This document shows positions 1 to 12,692 of a stretch of DNA of 64,000 nt, in pieces (within the stretch, counting starts at the first letter, position 1; every line of letters begins with the position of its first letter). A program made the position numbers and the translations under genes. Under the pieces are notes generated by a model. It was not told the origin of the DNA. It was given only the letters and a program-made list of their open reading frames with translations, and did not search any database. This stretch comes from the human T2T-CHM13v2.0 reference genome, Homo sapiens. The DNA is taken from the NCBI RefSeq assembly GCF_009914755.1, contig NC_060926.1; one strand, 5' to 3'.

Positions 1-734
1 GAGGGGTTGGTAGGGGTAAAAAGCTGCATTTCTATAAAAAGCAATTCATAAGCTGATAAACTTTCTGTGCGTTCTTGAGATCCCATGTGACAACATATAG
101 CTGATTTAAGCAGAAAAAAAAAAAAGTTTACTACTGGGCTGCTCTTTTAGCAACCCCACAGCTCCCATCAGGCACAGGTACTGCAAAGTGTACCAGTGAA
201 CTTCTGTCAGTACTTCTGACAGCTCGATGTGTCTGCTCTCACCTTAGCAGATAGAACATGTCCTGTGAGATGTCTACCTTTTCACATTGCATTTGAATAG
301 CATATTCGCAAGGGTGATTCTGATATCATAGCCAAATCATCCTTGTACCCTGACTGCAGGAGAAACTGGGAAAATAAGTTCCTGGCATAGACTCAAAATG
401 TGTCAAATTCTTCAGATAGAAGCACTTTAAAAAGTACTAGTGAGCCCAAAGCATGAAAAATGTCCACCAAAATTTTCCCTTGACTGTCCTATGTCTATTG
501 TCCCTCTTTCTCTCTCTCTTTTTTTAAGACTTGTAACCAATATCAACAATAGCAAAAACTAAGTGTTCTAATCTGAGTTAGTGCAACAAACTCCCAAACA
601 AATCTGATACACCCTTTCTCCAAAAGGAAGACAGTATAAAATTCATTGGTTTTCACGTCCAGTTCCATGTCCAGCATCTTTAGCTTGTGACCATTTCTCC
701 CCTACCTTCATCGTGATCCTGTGTTGATTTTCTA

Positions 735-1031
735 TTTTTATTTTTATTTTTCGAGGGGGAGTCTTGCTCTATAACCCAGGCTGGAGCATAGTGGCATGAC
801 CTTGGCTCACTGCAACCTCTACCTTACAGGATGAAGCAATTCTCCTGTCTCAGCCTCTCGAGTAGCTGGGATTTCAGGTGCATGCCATCACCCCTGATGA
901 TTTTTGTATTTTTAGTTGGGACAGGGTTTTACCATGTTGGCCAGGCTAGTCTTGAATCCTGACCTCAATGATCTATGTGCCTCGGCCTCCCAGAGTGCTG
1001 GGATTACAGGCATGAGCCAGGGCACCTGGCC
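735..1031 (-). mobile_element. Alu (AluS-type), full length
   Basis: Reverse-complement Alu dimer with T-rich tail; 16-bp TSD ctgtgttgattttcta at 719-734 and 1032-1047. Confidence 0.95.
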
Positions 1032-1789
1032 CTGTGTTGATTTTCTATAACATATGGACTAAATTGTAAAGTAAAAACCAACAATATGCTTCACATAAAA
1101 GAGCAGAAAAAAGTGAATAGAAGAAAATTAAAAAAATTATAGCTATAAACATTAAAATAAATAGAAATTTTGGATGTATACTGTAGTCCTCATTTCTGCA
1201 GAAAGATTATGTGGCAATGGTTATTTTGGTCTCCCTCTTCCTATCGCATCTGATTTTTAAATTAATGGTCAATAGCACCAATACCTCTTTTTTTCCAATA
1301 TTATTAAAGTATGGAACTAAGCCTTTTTCACATTCAGAATGTAACTAATCTGAATCAGTTTTGAGACTTTGTATCCTGGTGATGTATGCAGACTTCTCCT
1401 GCATTTGAATATTCTATGACATAAATATTTCAGAAGATTTAGAAATGTCTACTCCCTTTAATTGCAGTCCTAGTGTGTGACTATCTTCTACACTTAAAAA
1501 ATAACTTTTATTTTTATTGCAGCATCATGTGCATTCTTTGAAGATAGTGTTGTAACCGTTAAGAATTCAAATTTAAGTTAAAATTAAACCTGTTCTGGTG
1601 TTATGAACTTAAAAAAACCTCAACTGAGGATGATAATCAGAAAGCAGATTATATGGATGTCTTAGAACACTTGGGACTATTTTAATTTATTCATCTGGGT
1701 GATAATAGGTACATTTTCTTGAAATTAGATTATGAAACGCATGGCAGTTTTAGGCATTTTTAAATGTAGAAAGCATGCATCTTATTATG

Positions 1790-2091
1790 CAGTAGTCCCC
1801 TCTTATCCACGGTTTTGCTTCCCACAGTTTCAGTTACGGTATACTACAATAAGATATTTTGGGAGAAAGAGACAGAGAGATCACATTCACATAACCTTTA
1901 TTATACTATATTGTTATAATTGTTTTATTTGAATATTAGTGTTGTTAATCTCTTACAGTGTCTGATTTATAAATTAAACTTCAAGTATGTGTATATATAC
2001 ACAAAAAAATTATATATAGGGTTTGGTGCTACCTGCAGGCATTTGCTGGGGGTCTTGGAACATAACCCTTGTGGGTAAGGAGGGACTACTA
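1790..2091 (+). mobile_element. MER44A-like non-autonomous TcMar-Tigger DNA transposon
   Basis: Terminal inverted repeats cagtagtcccctcttatccac / gtgggtaaggagggactacta; ~300 bp; start matches recalled MER44 consensus. Confidence 0.8.
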
Positions 2092-2363
2092 CGGTAATAC
2101 AAACCAGATAACTAAGGAGTCATAGCTCTGAAATTAATGAATGTTAGTATGCCTCTTCCATCTGTACCTTTACCGAAGCTTCCTTTTAGAATAAAAGGGC
2201 CTAAAGCAAACATGAGACTTAATTTTCGAAATAAAAACTTATTCCTGCCCTGAAAATAGACCCATAAGAAAGATAAAAAGAGAGCTTGTGAAGGGTAAAC
2301 CTCAATCATTCCGTGTTTATGAAGGGAACTTTCAGCAGTTGAACCAAAAACAGTTCATGAAGT

Positions 2364-2930
2364 GCAGCATAGTGTAGTGGGAAAAGATCAGGGGCTATGA
2401 AATGAGAGAGACACACACCTCTATCCTCGCCCCACTATTTAATAGCTGTATGGCCTCGGATAAAGCATTTGACTGCTCTAAGACACCCCCATCTTTTTTA
2501 TTCTTTTCTTTTTCTTTTTTAGAGATAGGGCCTTGCTCTGTTGCCCACACTAGAGACTAGAGTGCAATGGCGTGATCATAGCTCACTGTAAACTTGAACT
2601 CCTGGGCTCAAGGGATCCTCTCTCCTCAGTCTACTGAGGAGCTGGGACTACAGGTGCCATGCCCAGCTAATTTTTATTATTTTAATTTTTTTGTAGAGAT
2701 GGGGTCTTGCTATGTTGCCCAGGCTTGTCTTGAACTCCTGGCCTCAAGCCATCCTCTCACCTCTACTTCCCAAGGTGTTGGGATTACAGTGTGTGCCACT
2801 GAGCCCAGTCTGGTTTCTTTATTTATAAGATGAAATCATTATACCTTGTTTATTGGTGAGTCACAGGCATAGGAGGTAATTATATGTGCTGGGTGCCAAG
2901 AATAGTGCCAGGAACCTGACATATACTTGG
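2364..2930 (+). mobile_element. MIR relic split by an AluJ
   Basis: MIR-like 5' end (gcagcatagtgtagtggg, agctgtatggcctcggataaag) resumes after the Alu (tttctttatttataagatg). Confidence 0.55.
2494..2810 (-). mobile_element. AluJ
   Basis: Diverged Alu with J-type features (gatcatagctcactg, ctcctgggctcaagggatcct, tcttgctatgttgcccagg). Confidence 0.9.
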
Positions 2931-2944
2931 ATAAAATAGCAGTT

Positions 2945-3090
2945 GAATTAATTTACCTCCTGGCTCCTCATTTCCTCATCTGTCGGTCTTAAAATCTCTG
3001 TCTTCCAGAGCTGTTGTGAGGACAAGAGAGAACTACTGCAGGGTGTGTATCAAGTGTTTAGCCTTTAGTAAATAGCAGTTATTATTATGT
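2945..3090 (+). mobile_element. MIR fragment
   Basis: MIR core-like cctcatttcctcatctgt ... agagctgttgtgagga. Confidence 0.5.
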
Positions 3091-3321
3091 TGTTATTTTC
3101 CAGATAGCCTCTGGATAAGGAAAAAAATGCCACTTCTTTTTGGTCTAAACTTGAAAAGTTAATCATTTATTGCTTTGATGTTATAAAATTGACATCATCA
3201 AAGTTAGCCAGAATATAGGATAGTCAACTGAGAAGGGGCAAGGCAAAATGGAGGTGCTGACCTTTACAGAGGGTTAACATACCAAGCTGGAGACAGTTAG
3301 GGAAGAATCATGCTGTGGAGG

Positions 3322-4259
3322 TGTGAGAGTTCAGTCAGGCTTGTGAGAAAAGTTTTTTTTTTTAATTTTTTTAATTTAATTTATTTTATATATACATTTT
3401 TAATTATACTTTAAGTTTTAGGGTACATGTGCACAACGTGCAGGTTTTTACATATGTATACATGTGCCATGTTGGTGTGCTGCACCCATTAACTTGTTAT
3501 TTACATTAGGTATATCTCCTAATGCTATCTCTCCCCACTCCCCCCATTCCACAACAGGCCCTGGTGTGTGATGTTCCCCTTCCTGTGTCCAAGTGTTCTC
3601 ATTGTTCAATTCCCACCTATGAGTGAGAACGTGGTGTTTGGTTTTTTGTCCTTGCGATAGTTTGCTGAGAATGATGGTTTCCAGCTTCATCCATGTCCCT
3701 GCAAAGGACATGAACTCATCATTTTTTATGGCTGCTTAGTATTCCATGGTGTATATGTGCCACATTTTCTTAATTCAGTCTATCATTGTTGGACATTTGG
3801 GTTGGTTCCAAGTCAAAGATAGCTATAAGAAATAGGAATAAACCTTCTTGGAAGGCCAGGGGGTTTCATAAGCTCCAGTAATAGATCTGGCTGAAGGCAG
3901 CCTAATCTTTACCTTGAATAAATAACTTAGAGTAGGAACAAAGGAATGTAAGGGAGTTTATCTAAATAGCTTGTTTACTCATGTGGTCCTAAAACTAATC
4001 TTTGATCATTTGTGGGCAAGATGGCTCTCTCAAGGGGAAGGTGACCAGGTTAATTACCCTCTAGTGTTGTTGACTGAAAGCCTTTGTGATTTAATGTATG
4101 CTGAATAAATGCTGGTAGGGCCAGCTAGTCAGGGCTGTTGCTGCTACAACTCTTTTGGTCAGCAGCCTGGTCCCCTGGCCTGCTCTTTCGCTGAGTATTG
4201 GTGTCTGAGTATGTTATTCATCCGTTGTGCAGCTGGGGTCTGCGGGACAGACCCTGGCA
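3322..4259 (+). mobile_element. Solo LTR22 (HERV-K22/HML-5), interrupted by an L1
   Basis: TG...CA ends (tgtgagagttcagtcagg ... gacagaccctggca); exact 6-bp TSD tggagg at 3316-3321 and 4260-4265; AATAAA at 4104. Confidence 0.85.
3352..3814 (-). mobile_element. 5'-truncated L1 3' end (L1PA3/PA4-like)
   Basis: L1 3'UTR with T tail; ORF2 C-terminus SFAGTWMKLETIILSKLSQGQKTKH on the minus strand. Confidence 0.93.
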
Positions 4260-4894
4260 TGGAGGCACAGTGGACCATGGTATTTGGTGAATTGCTTACT
4301 GAGTGGTAAGATAAAACCAATAACTCATAGAGTAGGCTCTGATGATGAGATGAGTAACCACCTTAGTCTGAGAGAATAACTTAAGGTTCAAGACATAATT
4401 GGGTCAAATTTCTACAGAAATTCTAGCCTGCCCCATGGCCTTTTATTTTTCGCAATAGTGACAAAGGGTGACAGGATAACTTTCCCAGCTGACTCAGATG
4501 CCTTGTGTGTTAGAAGCTGTTATTTCTAATGAGGAAATTATTCATAGGTTTTTCTGGAAGTGTGGGGTGTATAAGCATATTCACAATCTCTGGCCTCCAC
4601 GGAGGCATTTATTATCAAAAAGAGAACAAATTCCAATCAAGCAACAACAGGTGATCTTTCCAAATGCAATGCCCTCTGTCATTATATCCCCACTTCCAGC
4701 CTGAGCGCTTCTCCTTGGGGAGAGACTCAGGTGATGTATTTTTGCTGCAGAAGGGGTCACTCATTTTATAAGTCAGGTTCTTTTAGTTCAATTCAATTTG
4801 AATTAACTAGGCCAAGAGGTGAATTTATGCACTCATAAAACTGGGAAGGGCAGGAGTGTAACTAGATGCCCAGACCAGAAGCTATGCCACACCA

Positions 4895-4900
<6 letters not shown>

Positions 4901-4934
<34 letters not shown>

Positions 4935-4988
4935 TATTTCTTTCTTTCTTTCTTTCTTTCTCTTTCTTTCTCTTTCTTTCTTTCTTTC
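4901..4988. repeat. (TTTC)n microsatellite derived from an Alu tail
   Basis: Tandem tttc units abutting the Alu 3' end. Confidence 0.95.
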
Positions 4989-5270
4989 AATGGAGTTTTT
5001 GCTCTTGTCGCCCAGGCTGGAGTGTAATGGCACCATCTCTGCTCACTGCAACCTCTGCCCCCTGGGTTCAAGCAATTCTCCTGTCTCAGCCTCCTGAGTA
5101 GCTGGGATTACAGGCACTCGCCACTACGCCTGGCTAATTTTTGTAATTTTAGTAGAGACAGCGTTTCACCATGTTGGCCAGGCTGGTCTTGAACTCCTGA
5201 CCTCAGGTGATCCACCCACCTTGGCCTCCTAAAGTGCTGGGATTACAGGCGTGAGCCACTGTACCCAGCC
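4989..5270 (-). mobile_element. Alu (AluSq/Sp-like)
   Basis: Full Alu dimer; gctcttgtcgcccagg and gacctcaggtgatcc. Confidence 0.93.
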
Positions 5271-5453
5271 CCAAATTTCTCTTTCAACATTTGTCTTTGT
5301 TTCTCTATACTTGTTGATTTCATTCTTTTCCACTGCAAAGAGGTGAAAGCCAGGTAAAGCACATCCTTTTATTTCCAATTTGAAAAGTCCTTCGGCTGGA
5401 TTCTGGTTTCTTTCACAAACTTAGCCATTAATCATGAAGACGAGGTTAGTTCC

Positions 5454-5770
5454 TGCTATGGTATGAAAGTTTGTGCCTCCTGCAAAATTCCTATCTTGAA
5501 GCCTAATCAGTAACATGATGGTCTTAGAAATGGGGCTTTCTGGAGGTCATTAGGTCATAAAGGCTCTGCACCTCCTGAATGGGACTAATGGCCTTATAAA
5601 AGAGGCCCCAGAGAGCTTTCTTGCCCATCTGCCAGGTGAGGACAAAGAAACAAGTCACCATCTATGAAACAGAGCCATCACCAGACAATCTGCTGGTGCC
5701 TTGATCTTGGACTTCTCAGCCTCCAGAACTGTGAGCAAAAAACTTGTTTACAAACTACCCAGTCTAAGTA
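5454..5770 (+). mobile_element. MaLR LTR (MLT1A-like)
   Basis: tgctatgg...ccttataaaagaggcccca...gccttgatcttggacttctcagcctccagaactgtgag. Confidence 0.85.
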
Positions 5771-7164
5771 GTTCCCATTTAGATTGCATGTTGTGGAAGA
5801 TGATATTACTCAAAAGAAGGGAATGGGGCACTGGTAGACATTCCTCAGAAATGGCCCCTGAGGGATTATGTGGGCTGAGTAATCTGCCTCCACAGTCAAT
5901 GGTTACCACCTTGTATCTGTGACTTATTTCCTGTACATTCTATTAGAGATGAGTCTTATGACTCTTGTACTTGTTCAAGCAAATATTTTTTGAACACTTA
6001 CTGTGTCCTTGGCTTTGGGAAGGCTTTGGAGATGCAAAAATTGGTTTGACACGGTCTCCATCTACAGAGATACACACACATCTGCTCATAACCCAGGAAG
6101 TGCAGGAATTACACAACCATTACTGCAAGGCTCTGACTAATATTTGGAAATTTAACTGTGCAATTAAACTATTCTAATCATAGCTTTAATTTATAACGAT
6201 TTTCCTTTCTGTGTTTTTTTTTTCATCTAGTTTCTTTGTAGATCAAACTGAACTCAACTGAGCTTATAGCTGTGAAATCTGAGTGTTTGGTTGAATTCTC
6301 TTTTCCCGTAGCCTCAAGAAGCCGTGTAGTACATGTAGCACTTTGTGGGCTAGTTTCCCTGGTTACACTTGTGCATTTTGCCAGACCCTCAGAAAGATGT
6401 GATCTCTAATTAACCTTAAAATTAAAGGGCCAACAGCAAGGATTTCATAACTCAGAAGGAGAGGCAGAAAATATTCTGAAAAATGTAAATCTAAGGTGAC
6501 ATTTGTAAATTCACTGAGATAGTACAATATTATGGGTTTTCAAAAGGACAAGAAACAACAAAGCACCAATATTAGAATGGCAATTGGCTATATATATTTT
6601 TCAGCTCAATCCTCGCGTCTAAAAACTCTGAAGAAATTTTTTTAAAAAGGTTTAAAAATGTATTTAGCCCAACATCTTTTACGGTAGATGTTAAGTAGTA
6701 CATTGAAAATGGAATCTACCCTCAAAGAATTATCGATTGCCTATTTTGACCCGTCTCCTTTTCATGTCTTGGGAATTCATTTCATTATGGTTTTACAAAA
6801 CTACGTTATTCTCCAAAGCCAAAATGAATACTTTTTCATGCTTGACTCATGATTTTGAATTATAAAATTGGGTGGATGTGGTACTTTAATCCTCCAGTTT
6901 ATATTGCACTTTTTTTTTTTTTTTTTGCCAAAACGGGGGAATAACTTGCAATTAATGGGATCATTGATTCCAATACATGGAATTTTTGTGGATGGATTTA
7001 AATATTTACTTTCATGACCAAATGAAAGAATGGACAATCAGGCATTTGAAACCTACAAGAAAAGAAGGAAGGAAAGTTCTCTTGATAGGGAACCCTGGGA
7101 AAGTTAACAATCTAGACTCAGGAATAGGTGCTGTGAAGAAATGAATTCAAATATACATGAATTC

Positions 7165-7400
7165 TTTATATATATTTATATATTATATATTATATATATT
7201 TATATATAATACAATATATAATATATAATTATATATAATATATAATATAAATATATATAATATATAATTATATAATATATAATATATAATTATATATTAT
7301 ATAATATATAATTATATATAAATATATATAATATATAATTATATATATATAATATATAATTATATATAAATATATATAATATATAATTATATATAAATAT
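7165..7400. repeat. Interrupted (TA)n / AT-only low-complexity tandem repeat
   Basis: About 235 bp almost entirely A/T, recurring tatataattatatataa units. Confidence 0.95.
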
Positions 7401-8604
7401 TTAAAAGGAAAGCAAAACATATTCAGACATTTTCTTATAGTGAATCAAACATTTTAGACTGAAATTAGCCCGCATCTCCCCTTTATGCCTGACGTTTTTT
7501 CTTTTTATCTTTTACGTGGCCTTCCTGTTCTTTTGGTTGTTTCTGAGTTAGCTCAGCATAAATACCTAGGAAGCGAAATATCTGAAGGGTTTATTCCTGT
7601 GAAAAGCCAAGATTAAAGTAGATTCTTTATGCTTTCGAATTAGTTGGCCTCTTTAATATGTTGCCAGTACAACAAATTTATTCAGCCTCTATAGATTCTT
7701 CATGGCTTTCTCATTTCTTCGCCTTTCCCAACATAACTTCTGTTTCATGGTGAATGAAACCTTGCTTTCAGCAATTTCAAAATAACTTCACCTTATCCAC
7801 ATGATTTTAGGGATCAGAGACGAGGAGATTAAATATTAACCTTCAGATGCATTGTTCATGCTGACACTCAGACAAATCTGACTTTTCTGGGCTGATGTTC
7901 GGCAGGGGGTCCTTTTTTTTTTTTTTTTTTTTTTTAGCTCTAAGCTATAAATTATGGAATTTATGCAAAATTAAGGTTTCCTGTGTGTGAAATTAAATAT
8001 AAAATGAACCCTGGAAATTTGGCAAGGTATTCTTTGTTATTAAGCAAGTGAAGAAAACTCCTCTCATTACAAACTTGGGGGCATTTTGTTCTTTTTATCT
8101 TCTTATACCTTTGTGCCACTCTGTCTTTTACTAGCTTTTTTTTTTTTTTTTTTTTTCCTAGTGACTGGTACAAGGGAGCAGGTGTTCCTAACAGTAAATT
8201 CTACGTCGCTGATGGGGTGGTTAGTTTCTCTGAGATTTTTTGACATCTTTGTAGATCGTCTTATAGCTATAGAACTTTTTTTCCCACTCTGATACATGGA
8301 TTGTGAAGTCACTGTGTCAACTCTGTTTTAATACCTGCTGGTTATTGTGGCTTGTAGAAAACTATGTTATGACCACTGTGTACAGATTGCAGTACTGACT
8401 TAGATTCTACTCACAGGTAGAATTGCATATTATGTTTGACCAAAATAACTAGAGTTAAGATCATGGTTAGTAGTTAAATTATTTTTTAATTCTTCCACTG
8501 TAATTCACTTGTGAGAGGAATACATTTAATGTAGGAATGTAGGAATACATTTAAATGAAGGACATATACCCTTCATTTAAATAATGGTATTTTATTCTTC
8601 CTAG

Positions 8605-8672
8605 AAGCATATAAATTTGCTTTCTCCTACAGAGCTCAAAGATTATACCAAACTATCATCATTTATCCTGAG
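8605..8672 (+). other. Candidate small spliced exon of an unidentified host transcript
   Basis: Acceptors tttattcttcctag (8604) or tttctcctacag (8632) and strong donor GAG|gtaaga (8673); motif evidence only. Confidence 0.35.
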
Positions 8673-8699
8673 GTAAGAGTAGTGTTATCTTTATTTTTT

Positions 8700-9002
<303 letters not shown>

Positions 9003-9279
9003 TGTGTTACCTTTATTTTAATCACTGGCAGAGCTGAGGATCAGAGCTTTGGCAACATTTCTTGAATTTTTATTTCATGTACAACTTGGGCTTCTAGATA
9101 GGTTTTCGTCTAGTTTACTTTTTCTCCCTTTTACGTAATATATGATGTTTATTATTTTTTTGCAGAAAAAAATATCTGCCTTTTTCTTAGAAGATTGAGA
9201 TAGTAAAAATTTAAGTTTAGTAAACTGGCAGACTGACAATTTTAAATCTCTCGTAGGAATATATAATCCTTTTTGTCGA

Positions 9280-9870
9280 TATTGGGGGCTCAGAACATGA
9301 TCCCCACAGTGCATCGGCAAGCTGAGTACTTTGAACTGAAGGAGATGGGAACAGTTTCAGAAGCAAGGTCTTTCTGACTTTCTGCCCTCCTGTCTTCCAC
9401 TGCTCTTTCTCCCTTTGAAGTGAGTTATAGAAACCAGAACTTTTTCCCCAGAAGGAGTCATAGAAACTAGATTCTCTTTCCTAGGGAGAAAGGAGACTCT
9501 CTCTCTCCTAGGGAGAAAGGAGAAACTAGACTCTCTTCAAGGACCTAGGGAGAAAGGAGAAGGGAGTGACCTCTCTAGGTTTTTTGACTTGTTTGAGTGT
9601 CCTACCCCACATCCTGGAGGAAGGAATGTTACACGGAGAGATCAAGAAGAATCTCAGCTGACCAGACCTTATAGACCATACCCTCTGTTGAATTACATTC
9701 CTACATGGCTGTCCATTCTTCATCAAATCTACACATAAAAATAAAAACTTTATTTCTGAAGTCTCCCACATCATGTAAAACTTTGATTAAATAAATTTGT
9801 TTTGTCTATTGCTATACAAATGTTGGCTGTAATGGGTGAGGAAAGGTAGCATGCATTTTTGCCCCAATGT
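9280..9870 (+). mobile_element. MER4-group ERV1 solo LTR (LTR49/MER31-like)
   Basis: ttgggggctcagaac start, gtcatagaaactag, attaaataaatttg and aatgggtgaggaaag end shared with the LTR at 24385. Confidence 0.7.
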
Positions 9871-9945
9871 TGGCATTTTTCTTCACTTTCAAAGACAGGC
9901 ACTCTTATATCTCTATTTTCTTAGGCTTTGGGCACTGTCACAATA

Positions 9946-12692
9946 CAGGCTTATCTTGTTTTATTGCACTTTGAAAATATTGCATTTTTTACAAACTGAA
10001 GGTTTGTGGCAACCCTACATCAAGCAAGTCTATTGGTGATATTTTTCTAATAGCATGTGCTCACTTTGTGTCTCTGTGTCACGTTTTGGTATGCCTCATA
10101 ATATTTCAAATATTTTCATTATTATCATACTGATTATGGTGATCTGTGATGAGTGATCTTTGATGATACTATTGTCATTGTTTAGGGGCACCATGAATTG
10201 TGCCTATAAAAGATGGTGAACTTAATTGATAAATGTTGTGTGTGTTCTGACTGCTCCACCCATTGGCTATTTCCCTTTCTTTCCCCTCAGGCCTCCCTAT
10301 TCCTTGAGACACATAGTATAAAATTAGGCTAATTCATAACCCTACCATGACTCCAAGTGTTTAAGTGAAAGAAGAGTTGCAAATCTCTCACCTTAAATCA
10401 AAAGCTACAAATAATTAAATTTAATGAGGAAGGCAAGTGGAAAGCTGAGATAGGCCAAAAGCTAGGTGTCTTGAGACAGACAGTTAACCAAGTTGTGAAT
10501 ACAAAGAGTTCTTGAAGGAAGTTAAAAGTGTTACTCAAATAAAATGATAAAAAGCCATAAGCAATCTTATCGATGACAGGGAGAAAGTTTTAGTGGTCTG
10601 AACAGAAGATCAAACCAGCCACAACATTCCCCTAAACCAAAGCCTAATCCAGAGGAAACTTCCAACTTTCTTCAATTCCATGAAGGCTGAGAGAGGTGAG
10701 GATGCTGCAGAAGAAAAGTTGGAAGCTAGCAGAGGTTGGTTCATGAGGTTTAAGGAAAGAAGCTGTCTCCATACATAAAAATGTAAGGTGAATCATCAAG
10801 TGCTGTTGGAGAAGCTGCAATAAGTTATCCAGACAATCTAGCTAAAATAATTGATGAAAGTGGCTACACTAAATAACAGATTTTCAATACAGACAAAATA
10901 GCCTTCTATTGGAAGAAGATGCCACCCTGGGCTCATAGCTGAGAGGAAAAGTCAATACGTGGCTGCAAAGCTTCAAAGGATGGGCTGAGTCCCTTGTTAG
11001 ACACTAATATAACTGACGACTTTAAGTTGAAGCCCATCCTCATTTACCATTCTGAAAATCCTAGAGCTCTTAATAATGATGCCTAGAGCCCTTAATAATG
11101 ATGCTAAATGTACTCTGTCTGTGCTCTATAAATGAATCAACAAAGCTTGGGTGACAGTATATCTGCTCACAGTATGGTTTGCTGAATATTAAAAACCCGT
11201 TGTTGAGATCTGCTCAGAAAAGGAGTTTTCTTTCAAAAGATCATTGCTCCTTGACAACGCATCTGGTCATGCAGAAGTTCTGAAGGAGATTAATGTTGTT
11301 TTCATGCCTGCTGTATTAGCTCGTTCTCACACTGCTATAAAGACACTACCTGAAATGGGGAAATTTATAAAGAAAGGAGGTTTAATTGATGAACAGTTTT
11401 GCATGGCTGGGGAGGGCTCAGGAATCTTAGAATCATGGCAGAAGGGGAAGAGGGACATCTTACATAGCAGCAGGTGACAGAGTGTGTGAAGGAGGAACTG
11501 CAAACACTTATAAACCCATCAGATCTCGTGAGAACTCCCTCACTATCACAAGAACAGCATGGAGAAAACTGCCCCCATGATCCAATCACCTCCCATCAGG
11601 TACCTCCTTCAATACCTGGGGATTATAATTCAAGATGAGATTTGGGTGGAGTCACAGAGCCAAACCAATCTCATGCGAACACAACATCTGTTTAGCATCC
11701 CATGGATCAAGGAGTAATTTTGACTTTCTAGTCTTATTTAAGAAATATATTTTGTAAGGCTATAGCTGCCATACATAGTGTAAGGCTATAGCTGCCATAC
11801 ATAGTGATTTCTCTGAATCTGGGCAAGGTAAATCAAAAAACTTCTGGAAAGGATTCACCATTTTAGATGCCATTAAGAACATATGTGATTAAGAACACGG
11901 GAGTAGGTCAGTATGTCAACATTAACAGAACTTTGTAAGAAGTTAACTCCAACCTCACAGATTACTTTGATGGGTTGAAGACCTCAGTGGAGGAAGTAAC
12001 TGTAGATGTGGTGAAAATAGCAAGAGAATTAGAGTTGTAAATAGAGCCTAAACATGTGACTGAATTGCTGCAATCTTATGAGCAACTTGAATAGATAAGG
12101 TGTTGCTTCTTATGAAAGAGCAAATAAAGTAGTTTCGTGAGATGGAACCTACTCCTGGTAATGATGCTGTGAACATTGCTGAAGTGAAAAAAAAAATTAG
12201 CAAGTAACTTAGTTGATAAAACAGCAGCAGGGTTTGAGAGGATCAACTCCAATTTTGAAAGTTCTTCTGTGAGTCAAATGCTATCAAACAGTATCACATG
12301 CTACAGAGAAATCTTTTGTGAAAGAGTCAATCATTGCAGTACACTTCATTTTTTTTTATCATTTTAATAAATTGTTGTAGCCACCCCAACCTTCAGCAAC
12401 CACTATCCTACCCTGATCAGTCAGGAACCATCAACATTGAAGCAAGATCCTCCACTAGCAGAAAGATTAAGACTCTCTTAAGGCTCAGATAATTGTTAGC
12501 ATGTTTTAGAAATAAAGTATTTTTAAATAAAGCATATGCATTGTCTTTTTAGACATAATGCTACTACACACTTAATAGACTACAGTATAGTATAAACATA
12601 AATTTTATATGAGCTGGGAAACAAAAAAAAATGTGACTCATTTTTTTGTGGTCATCTGGAACCGAGCTCACAATGTCTCCCAGGTATGTATG
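9946..12692 (+). mobile_element. Tigger1 DNA transposon, essentially full length (copy A)
   Basis: TA|caggc...caggtatgtatg|TA termini; decayed pogo-type transposase (LLDNASGH, INVVFMPA); nested MaLR LTR. Confidence 0.93.
11312..11673 (-). mobile_element. THE1/MSTA-type MaLR solo LTR nested in Tigger1
   Basis: tgtattag...ggctggggagg...agatctcgtgagaactc...gagatttgggtgg...caaacca; Tigger1 sequence continues on both sides. Confidence 0.9.
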
